Below, piece by piece: positions 19,843 through 27,555 of a DNA stretch of 36,448 nucleotides (position 1 is its first letter; each line of letters opens with the position of its first letter). A program made the position numbers and the translations under genes. A model generated the notes under the pieces. That model saw only the letters and a list, made by a program, of their open reading frames with translations. It was not told the origin of the DNA and did no database searches. Origin of the DNA: Polyangiaceae bacterium. Lineage in GTDB: Bacteria > Myxococcota_A > Polyangia > Polyangiales > Polyangiaceae. The DNA lies in assembly GCA_036274215.1 (NCBI GenBank), contig DASUGE010000518.1:1-36448 (forward strand), written 5' to 3'.

Positions 19843-21657
19843 GTGCTCGCCCGGTTCGTCGTTCTTTTGAGTCTGAGCGCGGCCGGGCTCGTCGCGTGCG
19901 GCGCGCCGCGTGGACCCGGCGCGCCGGGCAGCGTGGGACGGCGCGTGCCGGAGAGCAACGTGCGCCACGCCGACTATGTCGGCTCGGCGACGTGCGGCGA
20001 GTGCCACGTCGCCGAGTACGCAGCCTGGCAGGCCTCGCCGATGCGCCGCATGACGCGCACGCTCGCAACGACGAGCATCCACGCGCCGTTCGACGGGGGC
20101 GCGTTCAAGTTCAAGGACGACATCGCCGTGATGGAGCGGCTCGCGGGTCGCAACTTCCTGCGCATCACGAGCGCGGGCGAAGAGTCGCTCTTCCGCGTCA
20201 CGAAGGTGATCGGGGGCCGCTACCGCGAGGACTTCGTGGGCGAGCGTGTCAGCGCGGAAGAGCCGCTCGGCGCCGCACAGGACGAGGAGCGTGTCTTGCC
20301 GCTCTCGTGGCTGATCGGACGTGCGGAGCCTCGGTACAAGGGTTACTCCGTGATGGTGCCCGAGCGGGCGCGGCTCGAAGCGGGCCTGGTTTGGAAGCGC
20401 GCCTGCATTTTCTGCCACAACACGACGTCGGCGCTCTCGATCCTCTACGACGAGCTCTACGGCAAGAACGCCCTCGCCTACCAAGGCTCGGCGAGCAACG
20501 AGCTGCCGCCGGACAAGGCGTTCCACTATTCGATCACGGACGCGCCGGAGCTCGTGCGGGCGCTCGCTGACGAGCTCGCAGCGCTCGGAGCGCACGCGCC
20601 GATGCCGTCCGACGCGCACGAGGCGCTCGGCGTCGCCGCGGACGTGACGCGCGAGCGCTTCGAGGAGAAGCACCTCGTCGAGCTCGGCGTGGGCTGCGAG
20701 GCGTGTCACGGCGGCTCACGCGAGCACGTTGCGGATCCGTTCGTCGTGCGGCCGACCTTCGCGCTGCAAAGCGATTTCTTGAGCGTCAGCGCGCCGAACG
20801 GAAAATCCCCGACGCCGGCCGAGGACATCAATCGCACCTGCGCCAAGTGCCACACGGTGCTGTTCTCTCGCTACCCGTACACCTGGGAAGGACACACGCG
20901 CAGCTCCGCGCCGGGCGGCAGCACGACGAACTCGGGCGAAGGGCGCGATTTTTTGCTCGGCGGCTGCAGCCACGAGCTCACCTGCACGAGCTGCCACGAT
21001 CCCCACGCCGAAGATCGCCCGGAGACGCTCGTGAAGCTCGGTGAGCCCGCCGGCAACGGCGTCTGCACGCGCTGTCACACGCAGTACGCGACGGAGAGCG
21101 GCCTCCGAGCACACAGCCACCACCAGCCGGGAACGGCCGGAGCCGCCTGCCTCGCCTGCCACATGCCGAAGAAGAACATGGGGCTCGACTACGACCTCGT
21201 CCGCTACCACCGCATCGGCTCGCCGACGGATCGGGAGCGCGTCGAGGGCGATCGCCCGCTCGAATGCGCGCTCTGCCACACGGACCGCACGGTCGATCAG
21301 ATCGTGGTCACGATGGAGCGCTGGTGGAACAAGCGCTACGACCGCGGCGCGCTGCGGCGCCTTTACGGCGCAGAGCTGAAGGTGAAGCCGCTCGCCGTGA
21401 CGCTCTTCGGCGGCAAGCCGCACGAGCGCGCCGTCGCGGCAACGGTGCTGTCGCACGCCGGGAGAACGGAGCTCACACGCTCGATCGCGGCCACTCTCGA
21501 CGACCCGTACCCGCTCGTTCGCTTCTACGGGAAAGCCGCCATCGAACGGCTCACGGGCGAGCCGCTGCCGATCGACATGAGCCAGAGCGGTCCGGCGACG
21601 CGCGCCGCGGCCGAGCAGTGGCTCGCCGAACGCGCGTCCCGAAACGCTGCGAAGTGA
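19843..21657 (+). CDS. Multiheme (eight CxxCH) c-type cytochrome lipoprotein with a helical, HEAT-like C-terminus
   Basis: Lipobox LVAC; CGECH, CIFCH, CEACH, CAKCH, CTSCH, CTRCH, CLACH, CALCH; C-terminal LDDPYPLVRFYG resembles a HEAT repeat. Confidence 0.88.
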   Translation: MLARFVVLLSLSAAGLVACGAPRGPGAPGSVGRRVPESNVRHADYVGSATCGECHVAEYAAWQASPMRRMTRTLATTSIHAPFDGGAFKFKDDIAVMERLAGRNFLRITSAGEESLFRVTKVIGGRYREDFVGERVSAEEPLGAAQDEERVLPLSWLIGRAEPRYKGYSVMVPERARLEAGLVWKRACIFCHNTTSALSILYDELYGKNALAYQGSASNELPPDKAFHYSITDAPELVRALADELAALGAHAPMPSDAHEALGVAADVTRERFEEKHLVELGVGCEACHGGSREHVADPFVVRPTFALQSDFLSVSAPNGKSPTPAEDINRTCAKCHTVLFSRYPYTWEGHTRSSAPGGSTTNSGEGRDFLLGGCSHELTCTSCHDPHAEDRPETLVKLGEPAGNGVCTRCHTQYATESGLRAHSHHQPGTAGAACLACHMPKKNMGLDYDLVRYHRIGSPTDRERVEGDRPLECALCHTDRTVDQIVVTMERWWNKRYDRGALRRLYGAELKVKPLAVTLFGGKPHERAVAATVLSHAGRTELTRSIAATLDDPYPLVRFYGKAAIERLTGEPLPIDMSQSGPATRAAAEQWLAERASRNAAK

Positions 21658-21667
21658 CCTATCGTCT

Positions 21668-23911
21668 TTAGTGACGTGGACCGCGATCGCGGCGCGGACC
21701 ACGGTCGCGATCGCGACCTCCGCCACCGTGACCGCCGCCACGCGGACCGCGGCCGCCGCCCGGTCCCGCTTCGCGCGCGCGCGCCATGCGCTCCTTGGCC
21801 GCTTCGCCTTCCTCGCCCTCGGGGAACGGCATCAGCTCGCGGCGCGAGAGACGCACCTTGCCGTCGCGCTCGACGCTGATCACCTTCACCTCGACCTCTT
21901 CGCCTTCCTTCAGGATGTCGCCGGGAGACTCGACGCGCGTGTGCGCGATCTCCGAGACGTGAAGCAAGGCTTCCGAGTTCGGGAGGATCTCGATGAACGC
22001 GCCGAAATCGACGAGCCGCGTGATCTTGCCCTTGTAGATGCGTCCGACCTCCGGCTCCGCGACGAGACCCTCGATGATCGCGAGAGCCTTCTTCACGGCG
22101 TCGGAGTCCGCGCTCGCGATGGCGACCGTGCCGTCGTCCTCGACGTCGACGCTGCAGCCCGTCTGGTCGACGATGCCTTTGATGGTCTTGCCGCCGGGTC
22201 CGATGATGATGCGGATCTGGTCGGGCTTGACCTTGATGGTCGTGATGCGCGGCGCCCAGCGGTTGATCTCCGTGCGGGCTGTCGACAAGGTCGCGAGCAT
22301 CTTGCCGAGGATGTGCAGGCGCGATTCCTTGGCCTGCTCGAGCGCGCGCTCGAGGATGCCGCGGTCGAGGCCCGCGATCTTGATGTCCATCTGGATGGCG
22401 GTGACGCCCTTGTCGGTGCCGCACACCTTGAAGTCCATGTCGCCGAGGTGATCCTCGTCGCCGAGGATGTCGCTCAGGATGGCGAGGCGATCGCCCTCTT
22501 TGATGAGACCCATCGCGATGCCGGCGACCGGCTTCTTGAGCGGCACGCCGCAGTCCATGAGGCTCAGCGAACCGCCGCACACGCTCGCCATCGAGCTCGA
22601 GCCGTTCGACTCGAGGATTTCGCTCACGATGCGGATCGTGTACGGGAAGTCCTCCTTCGACGGCAGCATGCGCACGAGGGCGCGCTCCGCGAGGGCGCCG
22701 TGGCCGATCTCGCGACGGCCGGGGCCGCGCATCGGCTTGGTCTCGCCCGTGGAGAAGGGCGGGAAGTTGTAGTGGAGCATGAAGCGCTTCCACGACTCGC
22801 CCGTGAGCGCGTCGATCTTCTGCTCGTCGGTGGCCGTGCCGAGCGTCGTCGTGACGATGGCTTGCGTCTCACCGCGCTGGAAGAGCGCCGAGCCGTGCAC
22901 GCGCGGCAGGAGGCCCACGTCGCAGCTGATGGGGCGCACCGTGCGCGTGTCGCGGCCGTCGATGCGCTTGCCCTCGTCGAGCACCATGTTGCGCACGACG
23001 ACGGCCTTACGGTTCTCGAGCTCTTCCTTGCAGAGCTTCTCGCTAGCCGTGAACTTCTCGGCGCCGAGCTCCTCCAGGAGCTTCGCGAAGGTGGCCTTCT
23101 TGATCTCGCCGTAACGAGCGTAGCGGGCCTGCTTCTCCTTGATCACGCACGCGGTCTTGAAGTCCGCGTCCGCGAGCTCCGCGACGCGCTTGGCGATCGA
23201 CTCGTCGAGCTTCGGCGTCGTGAAGGCGCGCTTTTCCTTGCCGATGCCCGCGCGCATCTTCTCGATCAGGCCGATGATCTTCTGCGCCTCGCTGTGCGCG
23301 AACATGAGCGCATCGATCAGCTCCTTCTCGCTCACCTCGTCCCCGCCGCCTTCGACCATCACGATCGCGTCCTTGCTGGCCGCGACGACGAGGTCGATGT
23401 CGGCCTTCGCGCTCTGCTCGAAGGTCGGGAAGGTGACGAGCTCGCCGTCGACGCGCGCGACGCGCACGCCGGCGATCGGGCCGTCCCAGGGGATGTTGGA
23501 GATGTGGAGCGCGGCGCTCGCCGTGGAGAGCGCGATCACGTCGGTCGGGTTCTCCTTGTCGGCGGAGAGGACGGTCGCGATGACCTGGGTGTCCTTCTTG
23601 TAGCCGTCGGGGAACAGCGGACGGAGCGGGCGATCCATCAGGCGCGACGAGAGGATCTCGTAGTCGCGCAGGCGGCCTTCGCGCTTGAAGAAGCCGCCCG
23701 GGATCTTGCCGGCGGCGTACGTCTTCTCGACGTACTCGCAAGTGAGGGGGAAGAAGTCGAGGCCGGGGCGCTCCTCGCTCGACACCACGGTGACGAGCAC
23801 GACGCTCTCTCCGTAGGTGGCGAGCACGGCGCCGTCGGCAAGCTTGGCGAGGCGGCCGGTCTCGAACGTGAGCGGACGGCCACCGATATTGATGGATTCT
23901 CTGACGAACAT
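21668..23911 (-). CDS. pnp: Polyribonucleotide nucleotidyltransferase (PNPase)
   Basis: FFPLTCEY, RIDGR, HYNFPPFSTGE, SNGSSSMAS, EDHLGDMDFKV, KH (IIGPGGK) and S1 domains; downstream of rpsO. Confidence 0.99.
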   Translation of the reverse strand: MFVRESINIGGRPLTFETGRLAKLADGAVLATYGESVVLVTVVSSEERPGLDFFPLTCEYVEKTYAAGKIPGGFFKREGRLRDYEILSSRLMDRPLRPLFPDGYKKDTQVIATVLSADKENPTDVIALSTASAALHISNIPWDGPIAGVRVARVDGELVTFPTFEQSAKADIDLVVAASKDAIVMVEGGGDEVSEKELIDALMFAHSEAQKIIGLIEKMRAGIGKEKRAFTTPKLDESIAKRVAELADADFKTACVIKEKQARYARYGEIKKATFAKLLEELGAEKFTASEKLCKEELENRKAVVVRNMVLDEGKRIDGRDTRTVRPISCDVGLLPRVHGSALFQRGETQAIVTTTLGTATDEQKIDALTGESWKRFMLHYNFPPFSTGETKPMRGPGRREIGHGALAERALVRMLPSKEDFPYTIRIVSEILESNGSSSMASVCGGSLSLMDCGVPLKKPVAGIAMGLIKEGDRLAILSDILGDEDHLGDMDFKVCGTDKGVTAIQMDIKIAGLDRGILERALEQAKESRLHILGKMLATLSTARTEINRWAPRITTIKVKPDQIRIIIGPGGKTIKGIVDQTGCSVDVEDDGTVAIASADSDAVKKALAIIEGLVAEPEVGRIYKGKITRLVDFGAFIEILPNSEALLHVSEIAHTRVESPGDILKEGEEVEVKVISVERDGKVRLSRRELMPFPEGEEGEAAKERMARAREAGPGGGRGPRGGGHGGGGRDRDRGPRRDRGPRH

Positions 23912-23920
23912 GGGGGTGCA

Positions 23921-24080
23921 GCGCTCCTTCAGCGCGTTTCGTCGCTGCGTGCGACGCGACGCCGGAGGCGAGCACCGAGTTCTTCAGCCTCGATGCGTAC
24001 CGCGGACCGTGTGCGCGGCACGAAGCGAAGTTGAAGGCGGAGGCCCGCTTCCGGAAAACCGGTTGAACGGACTTTCGTTC
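23921..24080 (-). other. Highly structured rpsO-pnp intergenic region / pnp leader
   Basis: Five successive inverted repeats (23921-23935, 23940-23961, 23972-23996, 23996-24022, 24033-24080); the first encloses the pnp GAAGGAG RBS. Confidence 0.5.
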
Positions 24081-24350
24081 TTACTTACGCAGGTTCAGGG
24101 AAGCGACGATCTTCTTGTAGCGGTCCATGCTGGAGCGCTTCAAGTAGTCGAGCAGCTGGCGGCGCTGCGCGACCATGCGCAAGAGGCCACGCCGTGAGTG
24201 ATGATCCTTCGAGTGCACCTTGAAGTGATCGGTCAGGGCTTCGATGCGCTGGCTCAAGAGGGCGACCTGCACCTCCGGTGAGCCGGTGTCAGTCTCGTGA
24301 ATGCGGTGACGAGAGACGACAGCCGTTTTAGCGCCGGGTTCGAGAGGCAT
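24081..24350 (-). CDS. rpsO: 30S ribosomal protein S15
   Basis: [29 protein letters not shown]; 89 aa. Confidence 0.99.
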   Translation of the reverse strand: MPLEPGAKTAVVSRHRIHETDTGSPEVQVALLSQRIEALTDHFKVHSKDHHSRRGLLRMVAQRRQLLDYLKRSSMDRYKKIVASLNLRK

Positions 24351-24385
24351 GTTTCTTGTAATTCCTGGGGTTTGTTGGGGGCGCG

Positions 24386-24413
24386 AGTATACGCGGGTTC
24401 AGGGGTCGGTCAA
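24386..24413 (-). promoter_or_regulatory. Sigma70-type promoter of rpsO
   Basis: TTGACC-N16-TATACT, overlapping the stop codon of the upstream HTTM gene. Confidence 0.7.
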
Positions 24414-25514
24414 CCGGGGCCGCGACCGCCCCAAAACCGCTAAAAGGGGCCAGGCGAGGTACGCCGCCGGCAGGCCGCGGGCCACGATGCCGGGGACTCC
24501 GAGCCCCCTCGCCTCCCGGCCGTCCCGGTCCACGGCGACGACGGCCGCTTCCTTCCCGGCCGGCTGCGCCTCGATGCGAAAGCGGGCGAGCCAGTCGAGC
24601 CAGGGCAGCACGAGAGCCACGGCGCGGCCGAGCGGCTTGGCCGCGTTCACGCGCACGGTGCGCTCGCGGAGCTCCGGCGTCACGAACGCCACGTACGCGA
24701 CGCCCATGAGCCAGCTGAAGAGCTCCACGCGCGCCGACGCCTGAATCATCAAATGGAAGATCACGCCGGCCCAGAGCGCGAACGCACGCAGGCGCGGCAC
24801 CCAGAGCCCGGCGGCGAGAAAGAGCTCGAGCGAAATCGCTGCCTTGGAGGCGAGACTCGCCGTGAGCGGCGACGTGAGGAAGCTCGCGTACCAGTCGGCG
24901 ATCGGTGCGCCGTGCTGCCGCGCGTACGCGACGCCCTCTTCGAAGCGCACGAGCATGCTCTGCCCGCCGCGCCAATCCGGATCGAAGAGCTTTCCCCCGC
25001 CGGACGAGAGGTAGATGGCCGAGACCTGGAGCTGCAAGAGGCGGCGCGGCAGCGTCGGCGCGATGCGGCTCTCGAGCGGAAGCGCGTGGCGCCGCCCCCG
25101 ATAAAGGAGGAACGAGCGATCGCTCGGCATGAACGCGCACAGGAAACAGGCGAGCAAGAGGGCGAAGCGATTGTTGTGATACTGGAGCCGGTCGCAGGCG
25201 AGCAGATACAAGCCGGTCGTCGCGGCCACGGCGAGTCCCTCGCGCCCAAGCAAGCCGAGGAACGCCAGGAACGCGCCGCCGAGCTCGACCCACAAGAGCA
25301 GAACGTAGTTCGCGCGAGACGGCACCCACGACTCGGGGACGAGCGGCAGGTGAAAGACGTCGCCGAAGTAAGTCCAATGCTCGAGCTCGTCGAAGCGCGC
25401 CCACACGTTCGTCGCGAGCAGCACGGCGAGCAGCACGCGGATGAGCCCGAGCAGGTAGGCGTCGCGCTCCTCGCGCACCAGGCTGCGGAGGCTGGCTCCG
25501 AGCGTGGCGAACAT
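24399..25514 (-). CDS. HTTM-domain (vitamin K-dependent gamma-carboxylase-like) membrane protein with a degenerate DCC1-like C-terminal domain
   Basis: Start reassigned to ATG 25514 (overlaps the upstream stop); 371 aa, multiple TM helices. LGLIRVLL, YHNN, LLQLQVSAIYLSSGGGKLFDPDWRGG, SLEL, GVIFHLMI, LFSWLM. Tail LPWLDWLARF...VDRDG..ARG...RGLP resembles DCC1/DUF393. Confidence 0.8.
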   Translation of the reverse strand: MFATLGASLRSLVREERDAYLLGLIRVLLAVLLATNVWARFDELEHWTYFGDVFHLPLVPESWVPSRANYVLLLWVELGGAFLAFLGLLGREGLAVAATTGLYLLACDRLQYHNNRFALLLACFLCAFMPSDRSFLLYRGRRHALPLESRIAPTLPRRLLQLQVSAIYLSSGGGKLFDPDWRGGQSMLVRFEEGVAYARQHGAPIADWYASFLTSPLTASLASKAAISLELFLAAGLWVPRLRAFALWAGVIFHLMIQASARVELFSWLMGVAYVAFVTPELRERTVRVNAAKPLGRAVALVLPWLDWLARFRIEAQPAGKEAAVVAVDRDGREARGLGVPGIVARGLPAAYLAWPLLAVLGRSRPRLTDP

Positions 25515-26026
25515 CACCGGCGCTCCGCCTCGAGCCGCACCGTCGTCGGGAAGCGGCCGTTCTTCAGCGTACCGACCGAGGCGACGAGTCCCCGCGTTTC
25601 GGTGTCGTCGGGAATGTGCGCGAGCACGTCCGCGAGCGCGTGCTCGAGCCGAAACAGCTGACCTTCGAGGCCGTACTTCGCGTGCACCGGCCTTTCGAGC
25701 ACGCGCAGCACGGGATCCTTCACGCGGTCGTCCCAGCGAAAGCCATGAACGGCTCCGGTTGCGTCGCGCGCCTGCCAGGCCCCGTTCACGATCGGCACCG
25801 GCGCGCGCCGGCCCCGAACCCGACGGAACAGGCGAATGTCGATCTTCGAGGATTGGTTGAACATCTGGAAGCCGAACACGTGGTCCGGACGCCACTGGGC
25901 GCTTCCGATCACCCAAGCCATCACGCCGACGTAAGCCAGCGCGAAGACGACGCGCGCGCGGGGGCCGAGATCGAGCAGCGAGCGGCGCGCACGCACGGGC
26001 ACCTCGACGGGACTCACGCGGGACAC
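25514..26026 (-). CDS. Single-TM hypothetical protein, probable HTTM partner
   Basis: One hydrophobic helix (VVFALAYVGVMAWVIG) followed by VFGFQMF. It fills the gap between two real genes, abutting both. Start uncertain (GTG 26035/26026/26017). Confidence 0.7.
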   Translation of the reverse strand: MSRVSPVEVPVRARRSLLDLGPRARVVFALAYVGVMAWVIGSAQWRPDHVFGFQMFNQSSKIDIRLFRRVRGRRAPVPIVNGAWQARDATGAVHGFRWDDRVKDPVLRVLERPVHAKYGLEGQLFRLEHALADVLAHIPDDTETRGLVASVGTLKNGRFPTTVRLEAERR

Positions 26027-26028
26027 CG

Positions 26029-27555
26029 CTACCACACCGCTCGAGCGGCGACGCCATATCCGAGACGGTCGGGGCTCCGGAACCCGCGCTCGAGCGTCCC
26101 TTCGGGGGTGCTGATGAGGTGGGTGCGGTTGAAGTCGCGGCGATAGTCGAGCCACCCCACGACTTCGAGGAGACGTGACAGCCGAAGCTCGAGCGCGGGG
26201 CGCAAATCGAGGACGGGGACGGGGGCCTCGCCGGGCGGGAGCGCTTCGACCTCGCCGGGGCCGCGCACGATGAGCGTGCCGCCGACGACCTGCCCTTGGC
26301 GATCGACCGCCTGCAGCGTGACCGAGGCGGGCCACAGCACGCCGGCGGACAGGCTCGGCGAGAAACCGGCGGGCAAGAGCAGCCCCGCGCTCGCGAGGAT
26401 GCCGAGCTCGGGCGCCTGGGCGGCGTCGTGCGGCACGCTTTGCGCGAGAAGGACGCCGGGCGCGTTGCGCATCACGAACGACGGCTCGCGCGCGATGAGC
26501 GCGGCCCGCAGATCGAGCACGCCCGTGCGGAGCTCGGCGCTGGCTGCAGCTGCGCGAGCTGGCTCGAGCACGGATTCGCCCGGATGGTCGCTCGACCAGA
26601 GTCGTTGAACGAGGTGCGCCGCTTCGAGGCCGAGCGCGAACGCGTGGCGCTTCGGCGGCGGCGTGAGACGATCGAACGGTGAGCCGTCGCTCAGGAACGC
26701 GACGGGCGGCCGCGGGCGCTCGAGCCCGACGCCGAACGAGACGCGTAGCGAGACACCGCTCGTCGCGGCGCGGGGGGAGCCGGCCGCGCCCGGCAAGCGG
26801 CCGTGCTCGAAGTGGCCGAAGCCGAGCGCGACCGCGACGGGAGCCGCCCAGCGCGAGTCGACGCCCGCGTGCACGCCGTAGCTCGTCTCCGAAACGGAGG
26901 GTCCCACCGCTTGAGGCTCGAGAAAGCTCGCTGTTTTGAGCCCCACGTGCGCGCGCGCGAAGCCGAGCGCGAGCTCGACGCGGCCGGCGCGGACCGGGCC
27001 CGTTGCGGCGGCGTACGGCGATTCCCAGCGCGGCCCCACGGCGCCGCCCCACGCGAGCGCTTCGAGCTCCCCTACCCGCTCGCGGTCGCCGTTGATGGGA
27101 AGGAGGCTCAGCGTGACGGCGTTCTCGCGTCCGTCACGTGCAGCGCCGAAGGACCAGCGCGCCTCGACGAAGCTGCCGAGATCGGCGACGAGGAGCGGCC
27201 CCGCGCGCTCACCAAGCGCACCGAGCTCGAGCCCGAGCGCCAAGCCGGCGCGCGTCGTGAGGCGCGGGAGCAAGCCGGGCGCTTCGCCTTCGAGGCGCAC
27301 CTCGCTGCGATTCTCGCGGCCGGTGTAGCGCGAGGCGAAGCCCTCGAAGAGCCCGTCGTACCCGGCGCGATCGCCGATACCGGGGCCAGGCGACGGGGGC
27401 TCGCTGTCGGTGGGAGCGTGAAGCACGTCGTCGTCGCCCCAGATCCACACGAGGCTCGTGCGGAGGCGGGGCGCGGCGTTGGACTCGGCGCCCGCGTGAC
27501 CGGGCGTGAAGGCGCACGCGAGCGCCACGAGCGGCGCGGCGAAGCGCGGCCTCAC
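26029..27555 (-). CDS. Secreted hypothetical protein, putative outer-membrane beta-barrel
   Basis: Signal peptide ending AGA; many amphipathic strands (GSFVEARW, YGVHAGVD, GVSLRVSFG, VVGWLDYR); ends GYGVAARAVW with a terminal aromatic; 4-nt overlap with the upstream gene. Confidence 0.6.
   Translation of the reverse strand: MRPRFAAPLVALACAFTPGHAGAESNAAPRLRTSLVWIWGDDDVLHAPTDSEPPSPGPGIGDRAGYDGLFEGFASRYTGRENRSEVRLEGEAPGLLPRLTTRAGLALGLELGALGERAGPLLVADLGSFVEARWSFGAARDGRENAVTLSLLPINGDRERVGELEALAWGGAVGPRWESPYAAATGPVRAGRVELALGFARAHVGLKTASFLEPQAVGPSVSETSYGVHAGVDSRWAAPVAVALGFGHFEHGRLPGAAGSPRAATSGVSLRVSFGVGLERPRPPVAFLSDGSPFDRLTPPPKRHAFALGLEAAHLVQRLWSSDHPGESVLEPARAAAASAELRTGVLDLRAALIAREPSFVMRNAPGVLLAQSVPHDAAQAPELGILASAGLLLPAGFSPSLSAGVLWPASVTLQAVDRQGQVVGGTLIVRGPGEVEALPPGEAPVPVLDLRPALELRLSRLLEVVGWLDYRRDFNRTHLISTPEGTLERGFRSPDRLGYGVAARAVW

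Noticed and set aside
21671-24034. 787-aa plus-strand ORF, and similar long antisense ORFs such as 4773-6605, 27687-29171 and 16855-18231
   Set aside because: Antisense shadows of well-supported genes. High-GC codon bias removes stops on the opposite strand, and no motifs are recognisable.
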